Shown here in pieces: positions 35,718 through 44,750 of a stretch of 45,172 nt of DNA. Under the pieces are notes generated by a model. The model did no database searches, was not told where the DNA came from, and worked only from the letters and a program-made list of their open reading frames with translations. Where the stretch lies: the NCBI GenBank assembly GCA_043826435.1, contig JBDRQF010000045.1:1-45172 (forward strand), written 5' to 3'. The position numbers and the translations under genes were made by a program. Source of the DNA: Elusimicrobiota bacterium. Lineage in GTDB: Bacteria > Elusimicrobiota > Endomicrobiia > CG1-02-37-114 > JAHJSO01. Numbering within the stretch: position 1 is the stretch's first letter; each line of letters begins with the position of its first letter.

Positions 35718-36862
35718 AAGACAACGAGGTTGTCTCTGTGCACGACCTCGTCAAAATCGCGCTTGCCGAGAATCTCAACTATCTCTGACGACTTCCTGCC
35801 TTTTATCTTTTCAATCTCGGATGAGGAAAAATGGGTAAGCCCGCGGGCGACATCCCTGCCTGAGGCATCGGTTATACGGACAACGTCTCCCATATCAAAA
35901 TTACCCTCTACGGAGGTTATCCCGGAGGCAAGCAAACTCTTGCCGTTTCTGACTATCGCCCCGACGGCTCCGTCGTCTATGCAGATTTTACCGCCGGCTT
36001 TGGCGCCGTATGCCAGCCACTTCTTCCTGGACTCCATAACCGTTTCGCTGGGGACAAATCTTGTTCCGATTTGCCTGCCGGATACCGCTTCCGATATATT
36101 GTCGGGGTTTCTGCCGTCGGTAATGATGGTTTCAATGCCTGCGGCCGTGGCGATTTTCGCCGCCTGCACCTTTGAAAACATCCCGCCCGTACTTATGTCG
36201 CACTCCGCCCTTTTTATCGCCACTTTCTCCATTATCCCGTCAATGTCCGTTACGCAACGGATGCACTCTGCATTTTTGCCTGTCCGTGGGTCCGACGAGC
36301 AGAGCCCTTCAACGTCCGTAAGTATAACGAGCAGGTCCGCCTCTGATTTTATAGCCACCAGGGCGGCAAGCATGTCGTTATCGCCGAACCGTATCTCTTC
36401 GGTTGAGACGGTGTCGTTCTCGTTTATGACGGGCACGACGCCCTTGTTCAGCAGGGTAAGAATTGTGTTCCGTATGTTTATATACCTGCCCCTGTCCTCA
36501 AAGTCGTCGCGGGTAAGGAGCAACTGGGCAACAGGGACGTTATATTTCTCAAAACTCTCCGAATAGACCTTCATAAGAATCGGCTGGCCGATGGCGGAAC
36601 ACGCCTGTTTTTCCATCAGGTTTTTGATTTTTGTTTTCCGGATATCAAGAAAGCCGGCGCCGCAGGCGATTGCCCCCGACGAGACGAGTATAACCTCGTT
36701 GCCCGAGTTTTTCAGTCCTGCGATTTGTTTAACTATGGCGGATACGCTCTCGCGGTCAATGGAGAGTTTCTCTGCCCCGCGGTCATTCGCACGCGATTGT
36801 TCTTCCGCCCCTGCCTGTTTCACCAGGAGCCGCGTGCCGATTTTCAGGACTATTCTTTTCAT
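35708..36862 (-). CDS. proB: Glutamate 5-kinase with PUA domain
   Basis: RIVLKIGT, VSSGAIA, INENDTV, FGDND, TGGMFSK, C-terminal VHRDNLV; start at MKRIV. Confidence 0.95.
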   Translation of the reverse strand: MKRIVLKIGTRLLVKQAGAEEQSRANDRGAEKLSIDRESVSAIVKQIAGLKNSGNEVILVSSGAIACGAGFLDIRKTKIKNLMEKQACSAIGQPILMKVYSESFEKYNVPVAQLLLTRDDFEDRGRYINIRNTILTLLNKGVVPVINENDTVSTEEIRFGDNDMLAALVAIKSEADLLVILTDVEGLCSSDPRTGKNAECIRCVTDIDGIMEKVAIKRAECDISTGGMFSKVQAAKIATAAGIETIITDGRNPDNISEAVSGRQIGTRFVPSETVMESRKKWLAYGAKAGGKICIDDGAVGAIVRNGKSLLASGITSVEGNFDMGDVVRITDASGRDVARGLTHFSSSEIEKIKGRKSSEIVEILGKRDFDEVVHRDNLVVLWK

Positions 36863-36871
36863 TGTGGTGTT

Positions 36872-36906
36872 GAGATTGCTTCGGGAGTTCCTCCCTCGCA
36901 ATGACA
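36872..36906. repeat. Palindromic element (GTCATTGCGAG family, inverted)
   Basis: GAGATTGCTTCGGGAGTTCCTCCCTCGCAATGACA. Confidence 0.8.
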
Positions 36907-36942
36907 CGGACGACTGATCTGGTTACCATTGTAACAAATTTT

Positions 36943-36989
36943 GTGCAACATGTCCAAATCTTTACACAACCATGTGTTGAATGTTGCAC
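36943..36989. repeat. ~48-bp GTGCAA...TTGCAC intergenic element, copy 2
   Basis: Perfect 9-bp terminal inverted repeat GTGCAACAT/ATGTTGCAC. Confidence 0.65.
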
Positions 36990-36995
36990 CTGCTG

Positions 36996-38279
36996 TTAGT
37001 CCGTATATTCAAACTCCATGTCCAGGATTCGCACGATGTCTCCCTGTTTTATACCCTTCTTTTTAAGCGCCCGTTCAATCCCGTTCTTTTTCAGGAAATC
37101 CTGAAACCTCTCCACACTCTGCTCCTGATTAAAATGCGTCATGGCAATGAACTTTTCTATCTTATTCCCTGATACGACAAACGTATTGTCCTTCCGCTTA
37201 ATGACGAACTCCGGCTCCAGGATATACTCTCTTACCGCTTCCCGGCCTGCCCGCGGCTCATGGGAATCCTCCGTAACCGCGGACGAAAACATTCTGACGG
37301 TCTCGTCCAGCAGTTTGTCTACCCCTTTGCCCGTCGCTGCGGAAACGGCGAAAACCGGATTTTTTGTTTTTTTCCTGAATAACTTCACCTGTTTTAAAAC
37401 GGCATCATCCGGACACAAATCAGTTTTATTCAGCGCCACAATCACGGGCTTTTTCAGTATGTTTTTGTTTATTTTTTTTGCGTATTCTGATATTTCTTTC
37501 TGTATCAGTTTGAAGTTTTCCGCCGGCTGGTTACCGCCGAACCCCGAAATGTCCACCATGTGGACAAGGATCCTCGTCCTTTCTACGTGTCTTAAAAACT
37601 CGTCCCCCAGTCCGCGTCCTGCGTGTGCCCCCTCAATTAAACCGGGGACGTCAGCCACGACAAAATGTACTGATTTATGACTGCACACGCCTAATTGCGG
37701 GGAGAGTGTCGTAAAAGGGTAATCCGCTATTTTCGGACGGGCGGCCGTAATGTGCGCTAGCAGGGTTGATTTACCTGCATTCGGACAACCGACCAGTCCG
37801 ATGTCAGCCAGAAGTTTTAATTCAAGGGTGGCCTCTAATTTCTGGCCCGGCTCGCCCTTTTCTGAAATCTTCGGGGCTTTGTTTTTCTGCGTCTTGAAAC
37901 ACACGTTGCCCCTGCCGCCGCGCCCCCCTTTTGCAATGAGTAATTTCTGATAAGGGGTATTCATATCGACGATGACCCCGCCGGATTCGCTTTGAAGCAC
38001 CGTGCCGCAGGGAACCTTTATGACAAGGTCGGCCCCGCCTCCGCCCTCCATGTTTTTACCTTTGCCCGGCATGCCGTCCTGCGCCCTGTAATGAGGCCTG
38101 TACGTAAAATCCAGCAGGGTGGAAACGTGCGGGTCGGCGACAAGATACACGTCGCCGCCTTTGCCTCCGCTTCCGCCTTCCGGGCCGCCGAACGGAACGT
38201 ATTTCTCCCTGCGGAAACTCACGCAACCGTCTCCACCTTTGCCTGCTTTAATGGAAATTTTCGCTTTGTCAACAAACAT
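36996..38279 (-). CDS. obgE: GTPase ObgE/CgtA with C-terminal OCT domain
   Basis: MFVD..AGKGGDGCVSFRREKYVP, PNAGKSTL, YPFTTL, DVPGLIEGA, NKTD. Confidence 0.97.
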   Translation of the reverse strand: MFVDKAKISIKAGKGGDGCVSFRREKYVPFGGPEGGSGGKGGDVYLVADPHVSTLLDFTYRPHYRAQDGMPGKGKNMEGGGGADLVIKVPCGTVLQSESGGVIVDMNTPYQKLLIAKGGRGGRGNVCFKTQKNKAPKISEKGEPGQKLEATLELKLLADIGLVGCPNAGKSTLLAHITAARPKIADYPFTTLSPQLGVCSHKSVHFVVADVPGLIEGAHAGRGLGDEFLRHVERTRILVHMVDISGFGGNQPAENFKLIQKEISEYAKKINKNILKKPVIVALNKTDLCPDDAVLKQVKLFRKKTKNPVFAVSAATGKGVDKLLDETVRMFSSAVTEDSHEPRAGREAVREYILEPEFVIKRKDNTFVVSGNKIEKFIAMTHFNQEQSVERFQDFLKKNGIERALKKKGIKQGDIVRILDMEFEYTD

Positions 38280-38292
38280 AAAGGGATGTCGC

Positions 38293-38440
38293 GTGCAACA
38301 TCAAACATATATCCGAATATCTCTATGTTAAATATTGCACTTGTGTTGCCGTAAATCGGGATGATTTTTATTCAGCGGGTAATTACTTTTGCGTGCAACC
38401 TCATGCGTATATTAGCACATCCTCTTGCTAAGTATTACAC
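38293..38440. repeat. ~48-bp GTGCAA element, copies 3 and 4, starting exactly 100 bp apart
   Basis: 38293-38340 GTGCAACATC...TGTTAAATATTGCAC and 38393-38440 GTGCAACCTC...TGCTAAGTATTACAC. Confidence 0.6.
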
Positions 38441-38704
38441 AGGTTGCTTAACGACGCTTTCAGGCGGGTACAAACTTATCTGTTTCTTGCCGCCTTTTAC
38501 GAACTCAAACTTCACGATGCCTGAAATTTTGGCAAAGATTGTTTCGTCAGAACCCATCCCGACGTTTCTGCCCGGGAAAATCCTTGAACCCCTCTGTCGG
38601 ATAAGTATCTTGCCGGCCGGAACACACTGCCCCGCCGACACTTTCACCCCGAGCCGTTTGCCTGAACTATCTCTGCCGTTTACGGCATGTTTTGTTTTAG
38701 CCAT
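38435..38704 (-). CDS. rpmA: 50S ribosomal protein L27
   Basis: [32 protein letters not shown]. Confidence 0.93.
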   Translation of the reverse strand: MAKTKHAVNGRDSSGKRLGVKVSAGQCVPAGKILIRQRGSRIFPGRNVGMGSDETIFAKISGIVKFEFVKGGKKQISLYPPESVVKQPV

Positions 38705-39023
38705 TTTTTTCACCTAATATAATCTTTTCTATCTGAAGTTCCGTAAGGGACTGCCTGTGCCCGATTGTCCTTTTATATCCCTTCTTTGGCCGTTTTTTAA
38801 ACACGGTTATCTTCGTGCCCCTGAGGTGTTTCTTTACTACGGCGACGACGTCCGCCCCCTCAACGAGGGGACTGCCGAACTCCGTTTTATCCCCGCGGGT
38901 GACCGCCAGGACGTCTTTCAGATGCACTTCTTCCCCGGGGTTTTTATCAATACGGTCAACGAGGATTTTCACCCCGTTGCTCACCCTGTACTGCTTGCCT
39001 CCACACGTTACTATCGCGGTCAT
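38697..39023 (-). CDS. rplU: 50S ribosomal protein L21
   Basis: [27 protein letters not shown]. Confidence 0.95.
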   Translation of the reverse strand: MTAIVTCGGKQYRVSNGVKILVDRIDKNPGEEVHLKDVLAVTRGDKTEFGSPLVEGADVVAVVKKHLRGTKITVFKKRPKKGYKRTIGHRQSLTELQIEKIILGEKNG

Positions 39024-39087
39024 ATTTCGCCCCTCCGTCATATACTCCGATTACTGCGAAAATAATGTTTTGCCTGCCTTGTCGTGT

Positions 39088-39117
39088 ATTATACAAAAAT
39101 TTTTACCTGATTGTCAA
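39088..39117 (-). promoter_or_regulatory. Sigma70 promoter of rplU-rpmA-obgE
   Basis: TTGACA-N18-TATAAT. Confidence 0.8.
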
Positions 39118-39147
39118 GTTAAAAAGATGCCGTGGTAAATGAACGCA

Positions 39148-39825
39148 CTAAAACCCCGAAAGCGTGCCGTCCGGTTTTTCGGTATAAAGGGCTAACCGTC
39201 TGACCCTCAGCAGAACTGTTTCCTGTTCGTCAAGCCCTAACAGGACTGAAACGACCCTCTCCGGTTTGACGTTCCCCCCGGGCGAAAACCTGACGGACAA
39301 GGCGAACCCGCCCGGTATTGATTCAAGTTTGAGAACCAGCGGCCTTATGTTCAACTCCTTGCCTGTCTTGCGTTTTATTACGAATATCTCTTTCTTACTG
39401 AGAAAACCGGCAATCCTGTCGCAGATGTCGTCCTCACTGCCAACACCATGCAAGCCGTCAATGCCGGTTACCTCGTAGTCGCACAAATTTGCGGCAGCAT
39501 CCACAGGGGGCGAAAAATGCGGTATCCCTTTGACCTCAACCAGCGAAAAACCTGCCGGCGTCACGGCGGATATGCCCTGTGCGATTTTTCCCAGCGACTC
39601 AGCCACGGAGAGGTGGACGTCTGCAAATTCACAGTCGCTCTCGTATGATACGGAAATTGCAGGGCCGAACGAAACCTTCATATGCGGGTGGAAACCCTCA
39701 CTGTATTTAAGGGGCAGTCCCGAGCGTTTCAGACATTTCTTTATAAGTTCTATCTGCTCAAGGTGAGAGAGGAATCTCAATGTGCCTTTCCTTGAAAATC
39801 TCAGACGGTAAACGTTGTTTTTCAT
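39148..39825 (-). CDS. Radical SAM-linked protein (TIGR03936/DUF2344 type)
   Basis: RLRFSRKGTLRFLSHLE, YSEGFHPH, SFGPAISV; ATGA-coupled to the radical SAM gene. Confidence 0.88.
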   Translation of the reverse strand: MKNNVYRLRFSRKGTLRFLSHLEQIELIKKCLKRSGLPLKYSEGFHPHMKVSFGPAISVSYESDCEFADVHLSVAESLGKIAQGISAVTPAGFSLVEVKGIPHFSPPVDAAANLCDYEVTGIDGLHGVGSEDDICDRIAGFLSKKEIFVIKRKTGKELNIRPLVLKLESIPGGFALSVRFSPGGNVKPERVVSVLLGLDEQETVLLRVRRLALYTEKPDGTLSGF

Positions 39826-41468
39826 ATTTTGACGAAATCCCACGGGAGCGGCTTCTCCGCCGGTATCCCTTCCAGATACTGATGCTTTATAATGCCTGTT
39901 TCCAGGAATGCCTTTTCCCAAGCATCGGGTAAAAACTTTTCCTTCCAGTTATCAAACCTTGCGCCGTTTTTCCATGCGGACATTATAACCGACGACAGTC
40001 CTTTATCCCCCCGGGCAAACACCGCCTCCAGGACGGACATCTTTATGTTGTGCGCCTTCACGTTTGCCTTTAATTGTCGGATGAGGGTGTTCCTCCGGGA
40101 CATGAGTATTTCTTCGGGACACATCATCTCCCTCTGGAACGGGGTGTGCGGCTTGGGAACGAACGGGGAGATTGTTATGTTATATCTCATCCCCGGCGTC
40201 ATCTTCCGAAGTTTTTTCACAAGGGCGACGATGCCCTGTATATCCTCGTCTGTTTCCGTCGGGAGGCCTATCATGAAATAAAGTTTTACCAGCCGCCAGC
40301 CAAGGTTGTATGCAGTAAGGATCGTTTCCGATATGGAGGCGTCCGTTATGTTCTTGTGGACGTATTCCCGCAACCTTTCAGTGCCGCTCTCAACGGCGAA
40401 GGTCAGGTTGGCGCGGTGCGGGCTTACAAGATACCGCAGGATTTCAACGGAGCGGCTGTCGCACCTGAGCGACGGGACGCTTATGAAAATTTCCGGGTTT
40501 ATGTTCCTGAGTAGTTCGGATATCCCCGAATAATGACTGACGCAGAAACTTGATAATGACACCTCGTTGTAACCGGTGTTCGCAATGCCTTCCTTTATAA
40601 GTTTTAAGACGGTTTCAACCGAACGTTCCCTCCACGGCGAGTATATCCGCGATGCGTGGCAGAATTTGCACCCGAAAACGCACCCGCGGTTTATTTCAAC
40701 GTTCAGCCGGTTGTGCACAGTTTCAACGTACGGGACAATCGGCCGGACCGGGAAAAACGCCTTTTCCAGTTCAACGATACGCCTTTCAACCGGAGCGCCG
40801 CCGTTGTGCCCTGGCACATAAACGCCCTTTATCCGTGATAACTCATCCAGAACCTTCCGACGGCCGGCCGGCATGCCTGCCTGATTATTGGACCGCCCCG
40901 CACTGCCATCCCCGGATTTGTTCCGTCCGACTACGTCCAGTATTTCGTTTATGACGTCTTCGCCGTCGCCGATGACGAATGCGTCAAAAAAATCTTCAAC
41001 CGGAGCAGGGTTAAAACACACTGGCCCTCCTGCAATGACCAGCGGGACCACCCCGCCGGACGAGGACCTTTCGTCCCTCTCTTTTCTTGTCCATGGAATG
41101 CCTGCAAGGTCAAGCATCGTAAGGACGTTGGTAAAACACAACTCGTATTGCAGTGAAAAACCCAGGACGTCAAACTCACCGAGCGGCCTCATTGATTCCA
41201 GAGAGAAAAGACAGATGCCCTCCTTCCTGAGTATTTCTTCAAAATCAACGTCAGGGCAGTAACACCTCTCTGCAAGCGAATCCTTCCTGCCGTTTATTAC
41301 GTGGTACAATATCTCCACGCCTAAGTTTGACGCCCCCAATTCATACAGGTCGGGAAAGCAGAGGCAAACGGAAACGTCCGCCGTTTTTTTATGGACGGAA
41401 TTCCACTCCGAATTAATGTACCTGGACGGTTTCCTCACCCGCGGCAATATTTTATTTAATATGTCCAT
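39822..41468 (-). CDS. B12-binding radical SAM protein (TIGR03960 type)
   Basis: KPSRYINSE, FPDLYELG, RGCVFGCKFC (CxxxCxxC), KLYFMIGLPTET, FVPKPHTPFQ; start at MDILNK. Confidence 0.9.
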   Translation of the reverse strand: MDILNKILPRVRKPSRYINSEWNSVHKKTADVSVCLCFPDLYELGASNLGVEILYHVINGRKDSLAERCYCPDVDFEEILRKEGICLFSLESMRPLGEFDVLGFSLQYELCFTNVLTMLDLAGIPWTRKERDERSSSGGVVPLVIAGGPVCFNPAPVEDFFDAFVIGDGEDVINEILDVVGRNKSGDGSAGRSNNQAGMPAGRRKVLDELSRIKGVYVPGHNGGAPVERRIVELEKAFFPVRPIVPYVETVHNRLNVEINRGCVFGCKFCHASRIYSPWRERSVETVLKLIKEGIANTGYNEVSLSSFCVSHYSGISELLRNINPEIFISVPSLRCDSRSVEILRYLVSPHRANLTFAVESGTERLREYVHKNITDASISETILTAYNLGWRLVKLYFMIGLPTETDEDIQGIVALVKKLRKMTPGMRYNITISPFVPKPHTPFQREMMCPEEILMSRRNTLIRQLKANVKAHNIKMSVLEAVFARGDKGLSSVIMSAWKNGARFDNWKEKFLPDAWEKAFLETGIIKHQYLEGIPAEKPLPWDFVKI

Positions 41469-41640
41469 TGTCTTATGAGATTGCTTCGTCGCTAACGCTC
41501 CTCGCAATGACAGCAGTCGCCGTTACGAATTGTCGTTGCGAGGGACAAAGTCCCGAAGCAATCCCCTTGTCTTATGAGATTGCTTCGTCGCTAACGCTCC
41601 TCGCAATGACACACGATAAAATACACTCCTCGCAATGACA
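41468..41640. repeat. Cluster of four GTCATTGCGAG-family palindromic elements (BIME-like)
   Basis: 45-bp direct repeat 41468-41512 / 41567-41611, an opposite-orientation copy at 41531-41563 and a partial copy at 41626-41640. Confidence 0.85.
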
Positions 41641-41652
41641 CGCTTAATTGTC

Positions 41653-42972
41653 TCAGTATATAAACCGTTTTATATAGACGGACAACAGCACAGCCAGCGC
41701 CACCATGGAAGATATGACGTTTGACCCGCCGTATGATATAAACGGCAGGGGCAGCCCCGTAATGGGCATAAGCCCTATAACCATACCCACGTTGATTATT
41801 ATGTGGAAAGAAAACATTGTAAGGATACCGAAAGATACGAGCGCCCCGTACCTGTCACTACTCGCAAAAGATACCCCCGCCACACGCCATATAAACAGGA
41901 GATAAAGCAGGATGACCCCTAAAGAAAAAACAAGCCCCATCTCCTCGGACAGGATAGAGAAAATAAAATCGGTGTGCTGCGCCGGCACGAAACCCAACTG
42001 CGACTGCGTCCCTGAAAAAATGCCTTTACCGATGAACCTGCCGCTGCCCACGGCTATCTGCGACTGTATTATGTTGTAACCGGCTCCCAGTGGATCTATC
42101 CTGGGGTTTATGAACACAACAAGCCGTTTTTTCTGGTAGTCCTTTATGCTCTTGTTGACGAAATATGAGCCGCCGACGCCGCCGATTATTATAAGGAAGG
42201 TGCAAACAAAATAAAAGAGAGGGACGTATATCTTCCACTGCCTCAAAAACCACCAGCACAGAAATATTATGGCTCCGACGATTAACAGGAAAACGGCCGT
42301 CTGCCAGTGGTAGTCCAGCACTTTCATAATGACCGACGTTTTATCCAGGTTAAACAGGACGGTTTTTAACAAAGGGAAGCAGAACATTACGCCGGAAAAC
42401 AATAATATGCCCGCTATGTGCAGTGCCCTTGCCCCGGCGCAGTAGAGCAGGACTATAAACACCGGAAAATACACGATTGTTGAAGAAAAATCGGGCTGGA
42501 GAAGGATAAGCGCCGTATTGCCGAACAGCATCAGCAGAGGCACGACCAGTTTCTGCAATCTGTGTATCTCCCTTGCGTTTTTGTCCAGGTAACCGCCCAG
42601 CGCAAGTATGAACAGTACCTTGGTAATCTCAGACGGCTGGAAACTGAAATAACCGAAATCAAACCATGCCCGCGAACCCTTTAGCGTCTTCCCGAATACA
42701 AGGACCATTACCAGAAGAAACAAAGACACATAATAAAGTTGCCGGTAATAATGGCCGTAGAATCGGTAGTCAATGCTTAGCACTATTAAAAAAATCAGAG
42801 CGCCTATCAATACGGCGAACGCCTGCTTTATGATATACATCCACGGGTTGTCAAAACGCATTGTGGCTGAATGCACTACTATCAGGCCCGCGCAGAGCAG
42901 TATGAAAACGGCGGATATGAGTACCCAGTCAATGTGCCTGAAATTCGCCAGTACTATATTTTCCTTTTTCAT
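41653..42972 (-). CDS. rodA: Rod shape-determining SEDS glycosyltransferase RodA
   Basis: FQPSE, LQPDF, DPLGAGYNIIQSQIAVGSG, HTDFIFS, PITGLPLPFISYGGS. Confidence 0.95.
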   Translation of the reverse strand: MKKENIVLANFRHIDWVLISAVFILLCAGLIVVHSATMRFDNPWMYIIKQAFAVLIGALIFLIVLSIDYRFYGHYYRQLYYVSLFLLVMVLVFGKTLKGSRAWFDFGYFSFQPSEITKVLFILALGGYLDKNAREIHRLQKLVVPLLMLFGNTALILLQPDFSSTIVYFPVFIVLLYCAGARALHIAGILLFSGVMFCFPLLKTVLFNLDKTSVIMKVLDYHWQTAVFLLIVGAIIFLCWWFLRQWKIYVPLFYFVCTFLIIIGGVGGSYFVNKSIKDYQKKRLVVFINPRIDPLGAGYNIIQSQIAVGSGRFIGKGIFSGTQSQLGFVPAQHTDFIFSILSEEMGLVFSLGVILLYLLFIWRVAGVSFASSDRYGALVSFGILTMFSFHIIINVGMVIGLMPITGLPLPFISYGGSNVISSMVALAVLLSVYIKRFIY

Positions 42973-44750
42973 TTTTTTGATTTTTCCAACATGACCTCTT
43001 TCAGCCGGCTGAATATTTTGCGCGCAACGGGCGCTGCCACAGAACCGCCCTTGCCCCCGTGCTCAACAACCACGGCTAGAGCCAGTTGAGGGTTCTCAAC
43101 GGGCCCCCATGCGATAAAAAGCGAGTGGTCTTTGCCGTGCGGGTTCTGGGACGTGCCGGTTTTCCCGCCAAACGTTATGCCCTGAACCTTCGCCGCGCGT
43201 CCCGTACCGGATTCCACAACCTTCACAAGCGCGTCCTGAACGGCGGACCATATATCCTCTTTTATGTCAATCTCAGCGATTTTCTTCGGCTTATGCCTGT
43301 ACACCGTTTTCCCCGACGAATCCCTCGCCTCAGCTACGAGATACGGTTTCCAGATTGCCCCCCTGCTGGCGACGCACGATATAATGGAGGCGAGTTGCAG
43401 TGGCGTAGCCGTAAGATACCCCTGCCCGATGGCGATGTTTGCAGTGTCGCCCGAGAGCCACCCGTACCTTAATGTTTTCTTCCGCCATTTCTCCGTGGGA
43501 ATAAAACCCGGTTTTTCCGAGGGTATGTCAATGCCTAACGTCCTGCCGAGCAGGAATTTTTCCGACTCTTCCTCTATCAGTTCAATACCTGTCTTCAGCC
43601 CGACGTTGTAGAAATACACATTACATGAATTCACTACCCCCGCCGTCCAATCAATCTTCTTGTGCCCTTTTTCTTCCCAGCACTTAAAGACCTTGTTCCC
43701 CACGCGTAAATACCCGGGACAGAAAAACTCTTCCTCCCGCCCTATCTTTCCGTTGGTCAGCGCAGCCAGTGAAGTTATAATCTTAAAAACCGAACCGGGA
43801 GGGTACTGCGCCTGTACCGCCCTGTTGTAGAGCGGCAGCGCATTATCCCCGAAATATGAAAGCCTCAGCGGGTTACCTTCTGAAAAAAGGTTGGGGTCAA
43901 AATCCGGATAAGAAACCAGTATCCTGATGCCCCCGTCAGACGGATCAATCCCGACGACCGCACCCGCATGCCCTGTTTCTACAAGGGCGTCCCTGGCTAT
44001 TTTCTGCAACTCCGTATCAACGGTTAGAAATAATTCATTGCCCTGCTGTGTATTTATCTGCTGGACTACGTCCGTCTGTCTGCCTGAAGCGTCCGCCTGT
44101 ATCAACCAGCCACCGTCAATGCCCCTTAAAAATGAATCATACCTGGCTTCAACCCCTGACTTGCCGATGATGTCTCCCCTTTTATACGTAAAGTAACCGG
44201 GGTCGGCAAGTTCCTCCGGTCCTATTTCCGATATATACCCGACTATATGACTGAACAGCCCCCTGTACGGATAATGACGCCTCATCTCGGTGACCACGGA
44301 TATCCCTGACAGGTTCACCTTCTGCTCAATAAGTTTGAAAATCTGCTCCCTTGGGGTATCCTCGCTTAAACATACGACCGTCTGGGTTTTCCATGACGAG
44401 TAAATTTTCTGCCGGCTGCCCGGGATTATCCTTTCAACCCTTTCTCCGATTTCATCCGGTGACTTTGATGCCGGCAGGGCGAACGGATAAAACAGTACCT
44501 TAACTATGGGCATGCTCCCGCACAACACATTCCCGTAACGGTCAAAAATATTACCCCGCGGCGCCCTCTCCACGAAGATGTGCGTGCGGTTCTGTTCCGA
44601 TACCCTGTAGTAATATTCACCCCTTATCCCCTGCAGGTAAATTGTCCTTAAAATAATAACAAAAAAGCAAAAAAATACAAAGTGTAGTATGTTTTTTGCT
44701 CGGACAGTGAACCTCTGCCGGACTAAATCTGTTTCCCCTTCCCAGACCAT
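42969..44750 (-). CDS. mrdA: Penicillin-binding protein 2
   Basis: APRGNIFDR, PGSVFK (SxxK), SCN, KTGT; between mreD and rodA. Confidence 0.94.
   Translation of the reverse strand: MVWEGETDLVRQRFTVRAKNILHFVFFCFFVIILRTIYLQGIRGEYYYRVSEQNRTHIFVERAPRGNIFDRYGNVLCGSMPIVKVLFYPFALPASKSPDEIGERVERIIPGSRQKIYSSWKTQTVVCLSEDTPREQIFKLIEQKVNLSGISVVTEMRRHYPYRGLFSHIVGYISEIGPEELADPGYFTYKRGDIIGKSGVEARYDSFLRGIDGGWLIQADASGRQTDVVQQINTQQGNELFLTVDTELQKIARDALVETGHAGAVVGIDPSDGGIRILVSYPDFDPNLFSEGNPLRLSYFGDNALPLYNRAVQAQYPPGSVFKIITSLAALTNGKIGREEEFFCPGYLRVGNKVFKCWEEKGHKKIDWTAGVVNSCNVYFYNVGLKTGIELIEEESEKFLLGRTLGIDIPSEKPGFIPTEKWRKKTLRYGWLSGDTANIAIGQGYLTATPLQLASIISCVASRGAIWKPYLVAEARDSSGKTVYRHKPKKIAEIDIKEDIWSAVQDALVKVVESGTGRAAKVQGITFGGKTGTSQNPHGKDHSLFIAWGPVENPQLALAVVVEHGGKGGSVAAPVARKIFSRLKEVMLEKSKK

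Noticed and set aside
36863..41507. N-terminal extensions of ProB (MSLRGRNSRSNL) and the radical SAM protein (MRGALATKQSH) in the ORF track
   Set aside because: These come from translating the palindromic elements; homology-consistent starts are at 36862 and 41468
41468..41640. CRISPR array (also considered at 30471-30594)
   Set aside because: Only 2-4 units in mixed orientation with irregular spacing and no cas genes; fits REP/BIME-like repeats
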